Of a stretch of 44,232 bases of DNA, positions 25,084 through 34,498 are shown in pieces (positions within the stretch are counted from its first letter, which is position 1; the number at the start of each line of letters is the position of its first letter). The DNA is taken from NCBI RefSeq assembly GCF_001194135.2, contig NC_068995.1:28754680-28798911 (forward strand). The letters are read 5' to 3'. Below the pieces are notes generated by a model. The model saw only the letters and a program-made list of their open reading frames with translations, was not told where the DNA came from and ran no database searches. A program made the translations under genes and the position numbers. The DNA comes from Octopus bimaculoides. Its lineage: Eukaryota.

Positions 25084-25835
25084 ATACATATTCGAATATG
25101 AATTAGAAGCAGCTCGAGGCATATAAACAAAACTGAACACACATACAGAGGATGTATGAGTTGTTAGTTCATGGGTCGGCTGCATTTTAAGCGTAAGAGT
25201 ATACTGTCAATGCGTCCGGTGTTAAAAACCTCTGAAAGTAAGCTATAAGCAAGCGAGACAATTCACAGAGGTCCCTTCTCGGAGTGACAGATATCAATGT
25301 TTCGTCATTATTGTAACTTCTCAGTGCCTCGTACAAGGCCTGCTCAAAGCCATATCGCCGACTATGGCTATATGCTAAATGTTTTAGAAACAATCTGCTG
25401 GTATGTCCCAACGTTTCATGCCAGGGGAGATATTCAAATATGAACTAGAAGCAGCTCGAGGTATACAAACAAAATCGAACACGCATACACAAGGTGTGTG
25501 TTGTTAGTTCGCGGCTCGGCTGCATTTAAGGCGCAACAGAATAAACAAGGTAGTTCAAAAGTAGGTATACCGTAAGGAAGAAAGAAATACGCATTTATTT
25601 TTATCAAAAAATTAAAAGTTACGAAAAAAGCATTATTATAGTTATGATAAATATATTATGATGATTAATGACACTAAAAATATCAAAAATCAGGCTAAGT
25701 ATTGTAACATTACTGAGATACTTACTGTATACCTACTTTTGTACACCTTGTATTCTGAAAGCACCTGGCGTAAAAAAAACACCTGATAGTAAATCATAGG
25801 CAAGCGAGACAACTCACATCAGGTACCTTTCTCGA
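25084..25835. repeat. Two diverged direct copies of a ~200-bp repeat (25084-25285 and 25425-25835, the latter split by a MITE)
   Basis: Shared blocks are ATATGAA(T/C)TAGAAGCAGCTCGAGG...GTTGTTAGTTC...CGGCTGCATTT and GCAAGCGAGACAA(T/C)TCAC. Confidence 0.7.
25546..25750. mobile_element. Tc1/mariner-like MITE (~205 bp)
   Basis: TIRs of ~30 bp: left CAAGGTAGTTCAAAAGTAGGTATACCGTAAG, right (reverse complement) CAAGGTGTACAAAAGTAGGTATACAGTAAG. TA follows the right end; the left flank is AA. Confidence 0.7.
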
Positions 25836-26123
25836 TTTTATTATCTCTTTCGAGCCGCTTCTTATTTATATTTGACTTTTTCCCGTGGCATGAAATGTTG
25901 AGACATGCCAGCAGATGGTTTCTAAACCATTTAGCATGTAGATATAATCGGTGATATGGTATGCAAGCCTTGTTCGGTGCACAGCATTGAAAAGTCACGA
26001 CAAAAAATCGATGTCTGTCGCTCCGATTTATTTTCATGTGTCTTTAACACCAGGTACATTGATAATATATTATCTTACGCCTAAGATGCAACCGGCCTAC
26101 GAATTAACAACTCACCTTTTCAA

Positions 26124-26266
26124 TTTGGTTTCTGGGTTCAGTCCCACTGCGTCGCACCTTGGGCAAGTGTCTTCTACTATAGCCTCGGGCTGACCAAAGC
26201 CTTGTGAGTGGATTTGATAGACCGAAACTGAAAGAATCTCGTCGTATACACACACACACACACACA
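26124..26266 (+). mobile_element. tRNA-headed SINE, 5' half (runs into gap)
   Basis: GGGTTCAGTCCCACTGCGTCGCACCTTGGGCAAGTGTCTTCTACTATAGCCTCGGGCTGACCAAAGCCTTGTGAGTGGATT. Confidence 0.85.
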
Positions 26267-27317
26267 NNNNNNNNNNNNNNNNNNNNNNNNNNNNNNNNNN
26301 NNNNNNNNNNNNNNNNNNNNNNNNNNNNNNNNNNNNNNNNNNNNNNNNNNNNNNNNNNNNNNNNNNNNNNNNNNNNNNNNNNNNNNNNNNNNNNNNNNNN
26401 NNNNNNNNNNNNNNNNNNNNNNNNNNNNNNNNNNNNNNNNNNNNNNNNNNNNNNNNNNNNNNNNNNNNNNNNNNNNNNNNNNNNNNNNNNNNNNNNNNNN
26501 NNNNNNNNNNNNNNNNNNNNNNNNNNNNNNNNNNNNNNNNNNNNNNNNNNNNNNNNNNNNNNNNNNNNNNNNNNNNNNNNNNNNNNNNNNNNNNNNNNNN
26601 NNNNNNNNNNNNNNNNNNNNNNNNNNNNNNNNNNNNNNNNNNNNNNNNNNNNNNNNNNNNNNNNNNNNNNNNNNNNNNNNNNNNNNNNNNNNNNNNNNNN
26701 NNNNNNNNNNNNNNNNNNNNNNNNNNNNNNNNNNNNNNNNNNNNNNNNNNNNNNNNNNNNNNNNNNNNNNNNNNNNNNNNNNNNNNNNNNNNNNNNNNNN
26801 NNNNNNNNNNNNNNNNNNNNNNNNNNNNNNNNNNNNNNNNNNNNNNNNNNNNNNNNNNNNNNNNNNNNNNNNNNNNNNNNNNNNNNNNNNNNNNNNNNNN
26901 NNNNNNNNNNNNNNNNNNNNNNNNNNNNNNNNNNNNNNNNNNNNNNNNNNNNNNNNNTATTTGGTGTTAGTGTATGCGCAGATTTGTATGTTTGTCTTAT
27001 GGATGCGTTTTTATGTATATATTTTCATGTCTAGATGCATGCATATGTATTTATGTGCTAAATTTTTGGAAAGTTTTACATATCTTTACAGTTCCATTGA
27101 TGGCTTGAATCTGTAGTCTTGTATGTATGTATGTATGTATGTATGTATGTATGTATGTATGTATGTATGTATACATAATATGCATATATGTATTGCAGTA
27201 GAGGAAGCTTTACAACCTTTGTTTATATCATTGTAACCTAGTGGTTCAGTAAAAGAGACAAGTAACCGATACAGTCAGTATTAGGCTTAAAAATAAGTAA
27301 TGTAGTCTATTCGATTA

Positions 27318-29661
27318 CACTGGGCAACGAAAACAGATTTATTGTCTGCTACCCAGATAAATAGTGCTGTACTAAACTAAATCGAGTACGCTGATTCCGA
27401 ATCTGAACTCAGAATTGCATATTATACATACATACATACATACATATATATATACATACATACATACAATTTTGAGTTATGCGCATAATTATATGATAAT
27501 ACTATATCAGAATCAGAATAGTTAAGTTCAAGATAAATAATTATTATAATCATACATTAGTACTGTATGCAGTGAATTTATGTTCAAGGCAAACAGTATT
27601 ATAATATAATGGTACATAGTATATTTATGCTATGGGAATACTCACTTTATTTTTGATTGCACTTATGCATCGAGTTGGTCTTCCGTTGTAGGAACCAGCA
27701 GTAGTCACACATCCTGTGTGGATGGAACCGGCCTTGATACGTCGTTTCCATCTCAGATATGTCCTGGTGGAACCTCTTACCATGTTCATCACGAAGGGCA
27801 CCAAGATTCGTTGGAAAAAACATCGAGATGAGAATGCAAGAAGTGCATTTTAAGGGACATTCTTCTATACGTTGTTAGCATGTTGTTTATTAAATCAGCA
27901 TAGTTTTCAACTCTATGATTTCCCAGAAAGTACTGTACAACTAACACGAATGAATCCCATTGCCGTCAGCTCAACTGGATTCAGTTTACCTCTGAATTTA
28001 CTATCAGATATCAATTCTCTGATCTCGGGTCCAATGAAAATGCCTTCTTTCAGTTTTGCGTCACTTTTCTCTGCACCACATTTTACTTTTAGGTACTGGA
28101 AGCCACGACCATCGTGTGTCATTGCTTTTACAAAGTTTTTCATGAGGCCGAGTTTGATGCGAAGGGGTGGAATGAAAATCTTTTACGGGTTTAGCAGTGG
28201 TACATGCTGCACATTGTACCGACCAACTATGCGCTCATCTCTTTTAGGCCAGTCTTTTACAGTGTAATGATTGCTGACGTCGCGGCTACTTCCAACACAC
28301 AAGAAGCACATATTTTTGGTATATCCAAGCTGCAGTCCCAGGAGGAGGGAAATCACCTTTAAATCACCACAAATATTCCACTTGTGAACTGAATAATTAA
28401 CACCTTTCAGAAAGAGTTCCATCGATTCATAAGTTTCTTTCATACCGACAAAATGACTCACAGGAATGGAAGGCTTTTCATGACTATTATGTGACAACAC
28501 AGCTTTGAGGCTAACTTTTCTCGAGTCTATAAACAATTTCCATTCGTTAGCCACATGCACGTGTCCTAGTTTTTGCATGCGGACATTAACATCAGTACAG
28601 AAACAAGCATTATTTTCTTGCTTGTAAAAGACAGATAAGCCTTCATGGCGAGAACGGAAGATGGAAACTTTTGTACCTTGCTGTAGGAGATTCCGTTGCT
28701 GTAGTCTGGATCCTAAAACTTCTGTTTTCTGCTTTGACAATGTCAGATCTCTTACTAAATCGTTCAAATGTTCTTCATTAAACAATTGTGGCTCATTTTT
28801 CTTAGAATCATCTACGTACTCTTCGTCGTTAGGAGAGTCAGGGGGTTCATCGTGCGACATGTAAAGATTTCCAAGTGAAGCATGTGAGAGGGGAACTGAG
28901 ACAGGGTTCTTGAAGTCATGTTTTAGAGCCGATTTACAATCTGCATACACAAATATTGCTTTGGTTTTCTTTGAGAAACTGCTAATATTAGTCATGTAAA
29001 AGTAACATGATTGGTTGGCTCACGCCATACTATTGGTACAGCAAAATGCATTCCCTTCCGTTATCCATTCAGCCATTGTGTAAGCCCTGAGTAACGCACG
29101 GTGCAGCACATATGAGGTGCCCACCTCTTGTCTTGGTCCCAACTTTACATCCGAAATATTATTTTTAGGCAATTTTTAATTTGGTAGCAATGTTCCTCCG
29201 CTGGTCACGCGGAGCAAGTTTCCACAGACATAACAAACGTTGTCTGGGTGATTCACACAGCCTCTCTTATTCATGATCTAGCATAATGGACAGAGTTAAA
29301 ACAGTAATCACGCAGAACGAGAGATACACATACCACACGTGATGGCAGCGCAAACGACACTGATAGTTACCAAGAACATAATATGTCAGCGCCATCTATT
29401 GCTAAACTAAATGATGAACTTTCTTATTATTTGTTTTATTGCTGTTATTTCTTTAATTTTGAATTAAGACCGCTTTCATTTTATCAAATTTTATAATACG
29501 GCCTATATCTAGCCGAAAGTATAGTTATAATCTTGCGCATACGCATAACTCCAAATCCTGACGTGCTAGAACAATTTTGAGTACAGATTCGGAATCAGCA
29601 TCCTCGATTTAGTCTAAAACACCTGCTTTTACCCCAGTAGCAAAACTTTTGTTGTCCAGTG
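27318..29661 (-). mobile_element. Full-length Chapaev3 (CMC) DNA transposon, 2344 bp, TTA target-site duplication
   Basis: Termini are CACTGGGCAAC (27318) and GTTGTCCAGTG (29661). Subterminal inverted blocks read CTAAATCGAG.A.GCTGATTCCGAATCTG.ACTCA.AATTG. TTA lies at 27315-27317 and 29662-29664. The internal transposase carries Chapaev3 motifs. Confidence 0.9.
27647..29274 (-). pseudogene. Chapaev3 transposase, frameshifted
   Basis: N-terminus MNKRGCVNHPDNVCYVCG...GDQDKRWAPHMCC...VPIVWREPTNH. ORF 28183-28995 has WKLFIDS..SLKAVL.HN...ICGDLKVI..LLGLQLGYTK.MCFLC. Then MKNFVKAM..KLKEGIF.GP, and a C-terminus LKMHFLHSHLD...DEHG.RFHQDI..ME..YQG...MCDYCW. Confidence 0.9.
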
Positions 29662-29904
29662 TTATCTAAACCAAGAAGCTGGTGTCCCAACAAAACCACC
29701 GTCCATAACTGAAACGAGTAAAGAATGAAAGAGTAGAATAAATTCGTGTGTGTGAGTTTGTGTGTGTGTGTGTGTGTGTGTGTAAGAAGAGAATCTAGTG
29801 AAGCCGGTGGTTGTTTATGTTGGCAAAATTGCATTTATGGGTATAAAAGTAAAAAAATGCTTGGCAAACCAACAGTTTCTCTGAATGGAACGCCATTCCA
29901 TCGC

Positions 29905-29985
29905 AGGGATGCCCATTTACTTCTGAGAGGACTGAAGCAACTTGAAAGGAAGTGTTTTGTTTAAGAACACAACATACAATACCAA
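29905..29985 (-). mobile_element. Fragment of a second SINE family (TGTTGTGT.CTT.A.CAA.ACACTT-type core)
   Basis: The plus strand CCATTTACTTCTGAGAGGACTGAAGCAACTTGAAAGGAAGTGTTTTGTTTAAGAACACAAC resembles a recurrent metazoan SINE core. Confidence 0.45.
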
Positions 29986-30750
29986 CGCAGCAGATATCAA
30001 ACGCAGTAGATATTAAAAAAAAAAAGAACCTAATTACAAAATAAGAAAAGGAAAAACATGTGAATTACTAAACCAATTTGTAAAGGCCTCGCTGAGAAAA
30101 TTTGAAGGAAACAAGAGATGCATTCTCAAAGAGAAAACATCCACATATCTCTCATTCGTCCCAGTTTCAACCCTCCAGAACACAGTTTCCACTCCCCTTT
30201 GATCTGGTTTCAACTCTAAAAATTACTGTCACACACACACACTCACTGTATATGTATGTATATGTACATGTATATGTATGCATATGTACATGTATATACA
30301 TATAAACATATGTATATTTCTATATGTAGCTTATTTTTTTATTCTTTATTCTTTTACTCGTTTACTTGCTTCACTCATTTGACTGCGGCCATGCTGGAGC
30401 ATTGCCTTAAAGGGTTTTAGTCGAAGGAATAGATCCCAGGTCTTATTCTTTTTAAGCCTGGTACTTATTCTAGCGTAATCTTTTGCCGAACCGCTAAGTT
30501 ATGGGGACGTAAACACATCAACACTGGTTGTGAAGCGCAGCGGGGTGGGGTGGGGTGGGGATACAAACACAGACATAAAGACATACACATATAAATATAC
30601 ACATAAATATACGACGAGCTTCTTTTAGTTTCCGTCTACGAAATCCACTCACAAGCCTTGTTGCCCCGAAGCTATAGTAGAAGACACCTGCCCCAGGTAC
30701 CACGTAGCAAGATTGAACACGAGGCAATATGACTGGGAAGCAAGCTTCTT

Positions 30751-31054
30751 TATTTCTTTCTTTTAAATTGCCATAAAGGCATTACACCGAGGGAGACACT
30801 ACAACACATGTGTGGACATATAACAATTAAAAATATGAAAATAAAATATGATATTATGAATGGCTTCAGCAAAACTTATTGTCTTCAATACTCCTTCCAT
30901 CTTTATGACCACCCTCCTCCGACCAGCTCCGACGACGACGACGACGACGACGACAACTCAGACCCGTCAAGTTCTGAGTACATCTTCTAAGCAACACAAA
31001 GAACTACGTCCAACTCTTACAAAATCCAGACAGTAAATAACCCGACGCATGCGC
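30751..31054 (-). mobile_element. 304-bp internally deleted Tx1-like mini-element (B2): 5' UTR, ORF1 start and 3' tail
   Basis: 30870-31054 is highly similar to 32330-32494, and 30751-30860 is highly similar to 31070-31175. It is bounded by 15-bp TSDs at 30736-30750 and 31055-31069. Confidence 0.9.
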
Positions 31055-31069
31055 GGAAGCAAGCTTCTT

Positions 31070-32494
31070 TATTTCTTTTAAATTGCTATAAAGGCATTAC
31101 ACAGAGGGGGACACTATAACACATGTGGGGACGTATAACAATTAAAAATATAAAAATAAAATATGATATAATGAGTGACACATGAAATGAACATGAAAAA
31201 CGAATTAAAATATGATAGCATGAATGATATCTGAAAATGATATTATGAAGAGTGTGCTACTCATCCCACACTGAGTAACCCCACTCGCTGCCTCTAAGGC
31301 CTAAGTCCTTTTTCTCCTTCAGTCCAATCCTTTTCTCCCTCTCTCCATCACTTAGTGACATCATTCTCTCCGCCATGCATTCAATACCTTTTTCACCGGG
31401 GGTGGGGGGGCGTCTTCTAAATTTTGTGGTGTTTGTTCTTTCTTGTGGGGTGGGTGGGTTTAGTGTCTGTATGGGGAGGGTGGGTCTGAGTGGTCTTGGG
31501 TGGGATGGAGTTGGACTGGGGTACCACATCATACTCAGAGTTTTTCTTTTTCTCTCTTTCTCCGTCTGCTCTCTAACTTTCCATTCTTCCTCCTTTTCCT
31601 CCTTTCCTCCGTCTGTCTTTTCTTCCTCTCTTTTCTCTTCCGTCTCCACAACTGTTTCTTCAGTCATTGTCTTCTGTAGAGGGCAGTATGCTCTAATGTA
31701 ACTCTTTTGGCCACATTTAAAACAACGTGGTACTCTGCTCTTTACCCACACCCTCGGCACAATTTCCCCTAACGTCACCGTCTCTGCCAAGTTCTCCAGT
31801 TGATCCTCCTCCCTCTGAATAATGAGTACAAGTGTCCTTCCTTTCAAGCCTCCTTCTTCCGTTTCTGTGGCTTGGAGGACAGCCACCTTCTCGCTTCCAA
31901 CAAGGACAGCTGCCGCTACCCAAGCCACTTCTATATCCGGTGGAATTGCTTCTACCCTCACCTTGGAAGTCTTTCTTCTCAGGTATGTGGGCAGAAGTAC
32001 TACTTCATCTGTTTTCACCACCACACTCGCCAGCCTCCTCGCCTCCTCTACTGTCCTAAATTGGACGACCATTGTCCTACATCTTCTTCCTTTGGTTATG
32101 TACGTTATCTCCTTTGTTCATTCCCTCAGCGTCTTTTCCATTTCTGCCTCCACCTGTTCTGCCTTTTTACCTTTCAACGAGTACACCTTATAGGTGATCG
32201 TTTTCTTCTCCACCCTCTCCATAATTCCTTTGGGGAGCAACAACTTCACATCGCCACCCACCTTCTGAGCCATCTTCTCGTACTCCTTCATACCAGTCAA
32301 GTTCAGCTCCCTTCGCTTCATCTCCTTCGCCTCAGCAAAACTCCTTGTCTTCAATACTCCGTCTATCTTTATGACCGCCCTTACCAGCTCCTCCTCCTCC
32401 GACGACAACTCAAGGTCTGAGTACATCTAAGCAATACAAAAAACTACGTCCGACTCTAACAAAATCCAGACAGGAAATAACCCGACGCATGCGC
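31070..32494 (-). mobile_element. 1425-bp ORF1-only Tx1-like non-autonomous retroelement (B1)
   Basis: It has a 5' UTR starting GCGCATGCGTCGGG, a single ORF1, and a ~190-bp T-rich 3' UTR ending AAAGAAATAAA. There is no ORF2. TSDs are at 31055-31069 and 32495-32509. Confidence 0.85.
31257..32426 (-). pseudogene. Tx1/L1-type ORF1 protein (389 codons, one in-frame TGA): RRM-like domain plus CCHC knuckle
   Basis: ORFs 32118-32426 and 31257-32072 are in the same frame, separated by TGA at 32118-32120 (LRE*TKEITY; W in the paralogue LRPIWDDIVY). Motifs include VVQFRTVEEARR, VRVEAIPPDI and CFKCGQKSYIRAYC (H replaced by Y). Confidence 0.8.
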
Positions 32495-32529
32495 GGAAGC
32501 GAGCTTCTTACCACAATGTCACGCTTATG

Positions 32530-32560
<31 letters not shown>

Positions 32561-32699
32561 GCATACCAAGTCTGCTTAGTACAGAAGGTGATCTTCGTTT
32601 GATATCCTGCTGGATGAAGAACAAAAGTTGTCAAAAGGTAGATGAACTCAGTATATATAAAGGATAAGTTAAAATAATTAACTTTGTATTAGATAATGC

Positions 32700-33560
32700 A
32701 AACGTTTCGTTTGCAATTAAGGTATTTAGATAAATTAGACATTACCATGGGGGCACTTTTAATCCTTTGTCACCCGATTTATACATAGTGTTTTTTACGG
32801 AACTTTAATTTCTTAGGGTTTTATGGAAAAGTAAGAAAATAGGACTAGTTAGACAACTTAGGGGTTGTTTCAGATGTTCAGATGATAATTTCGTCCCAAA
32901 TTATAGTTTCATTGAATGATTATTATTTAAAATTTACCTTAGGGATCTGAATGCTAGTAGGAGTTTTAAGGATGTTAATAAGATTATTTATCTGGACATT
33001 GCGGGTGAAATTTGTAACATATTTATCGTTACGAATATGTACAATATGACTAGCCAATTTGAGTTTCAAGTATCGGTGAAACCTTATGCTAATAGTTGCA
33101 CGCTAAATAGGAAAGATGCAGTGTGCTTGCGGCACAAATTGTAATATTTTCAAAAGTAACTAATAAAAATGAACTATTGCTTAAAGTTACTAATTATCTT
33201 ATTAGACTTACTGTTAAGCAAGGTTTTAATGCCAAAAAGATTAATTCGGCAATTTAATTATAAACTCGATTTACTCAATGACATTTTGAGTTCGGGATTA
33301 TACCAAGCTTGTAATTGAGTTGTGAACTGGAAGCTTAGAGAGATATTTTTTATGTTTTAACCATAGCACATTGATGCATTGATTTGAATGTTTGCTTGAA
33401 TTGTTTGGATAGCATAACTCAACCAGTTAGTATTGCCTCTTTTTTCTTATTGCATAACAATGCTCACTCTCATTTTGTTCCTAAATTTGCCTCTGTGAGT
33501 TCCGGTCAGATGTAGAATTCTTTCTTTCTAAATAGGAGGGGCCTGAATACAATGGCTTTC
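32700..33560 (-). mobile_element. Highly decayed Penelope-like (Naiad-type) fragment
   Basis: The minus strand gives WYNPEL, ISYF, KYVTNFT..NV and IIWD fragments in the expected order, followed by CGAAACGTT near 32700-32710. Confidence 0.4.
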
Positions 33561-33689
33561 TTTAGTATTGTCCATGACTGCATGCCGAGAGTCTAGCCGT
33601 TCTTTGAATTTTATTGTTACATTAATTTACTAGAAGAGATACCCGCTGTTGCTCAGGATTAAAATGGCATAGTTTCTTTTGTTTCACTT

Positions 33690-33786
33690 GTTTGAGTTAT
33701 GTAACTGTGGCACCGCCTTTAGTTGAAGAAATCGACCTCAGGATATATTCTTTGTAAACCTAGTACTTGATCTATCGGTGTCTTTT
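33690..33786 (-). mobile_element. SINE 3' fragment, truncated at the junction with the Tx1 ORF2 piece
   Basis: GCACCGCCTTTAGTTGAAGAAATCGACCTCAGGATATATTCTTTGTAAACCTAGTACTTGATCTATCGGTGTCTTTT matches the reverse-oriented SINE core, as at 43560-43640. Confidence 0.7.
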
Positions 33787-34485
33787 AGTCTTTGGTGTGG
33801 CAATGTTACAGAGGAGCCCTACCCGTTCGGGATAAGCTCACCAGACACAGCCACCCTAGGCCGTCGGCCTGTCCAAGATGCGAGCGGGACGTAGAAACTA
33901 TTGTTCAGTGTCCGGGTGTATCAGAAGTGTGGACTTATGCAGAACACCTGTTGTCAGATGGAAGAAAAGTACAGCTATCACCTGAAGCAATTCTAAATAT
34001 TAACCCACCAGATTTCCTTACGGAAGAAGGTAAGAATTGTTTTCTCGTAGTAGTAACAATTGTGAGAGAGGTGATATGAAAGTCAAGGATGAAAGGTATT
34101 GTGGCAGACAGCTTCGTCTCCGGCCTCGCTTTGGTGAATGTTTTCACTTTTCACCTGAAAAAGAAGGTGGGGCTGGAAAGGAAGTGTCTGTTAGTATGTT
34201 CAAAAGATGGACGTGTGTAGCACGTATGTTGGGAGTGAAATGCCCTGCGTGAGCACGTCATAGAGATTACCAAAGGTGTCGGTAGAGAAGACAGGGCTCG
34301 TGGGGTTGGAGCATGCCTGTCTTTTAAACCCCATATTGTCTTTCATTGTATGTAATTGTCTTTTATATCCCATTCGATTTTTCATTTTGTCATTTTAAAT
34401 TTTTATTACCATTTGATTGTAAATGACCCTAGATCATATTGTATTGTCCTCTCTATGTGCACCTGTAATAGGTAATACAGAAAAA
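33787..34485 (+). mobile_element. 5'-truncated Tx1/L1-clade element (D): ORF2 C-terminal zinc-finger region, 3' UTR and A-tail
   Basis: ORF 33792-34079 reads WQCYRGALPVRDKL.RH...CPRCERDVETI..C (zf-RVT-like). The T-rich 3' UTR ends TTGTCCTCTCTATGTGCACCTGTAATAGGTAATACAGAAAAA. Confidence 0.8.
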
Positions 34486-34498
34486 GCAACGAAACGTT

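Larger units (their letters stand above)
27220..29740 (+). mobile_element. SINE 3' half split by the Chapaev3 insertion (27220-27317 plus 29662-29740)
   Basis: The left part is TAGTGGTTCAGTAAAAGAGAC...TAGGCTTAAAAATAAG...GTCTATTCGATTA. The right part continues with the SINE tail ...CTAAACC..GGTGTCCCAAC...ATAACTGAAACGAGTAAAG. Confidence 0.6.
30337..32525 (-). mobile_element. Full-length tRNA-headed SINE split in its head by two Tx1-like insertions (SINE = 32525-32495 plus 30750-30337)
   Basis: On the minus strand, GCGTGACATTGTGGTAAGAAGCTCGCTTCC [inserts] resumes as AAGAAGCTTGCTTCCCAGTC...GTGTTCAATC...GTGTCTTCTACTATAGC, followed by the SINE core and tail. Uninterrupted heads are at 8741 and 10756. 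Confidence 0.85.

Noticed and set aside
30736-32509. Three near-identical 15-mers as a CRISPR-like or satellite array
   Set aside because: The context is eukaryotic and the spacers are 304 and 1425 bp retroelements; these are TSDs.
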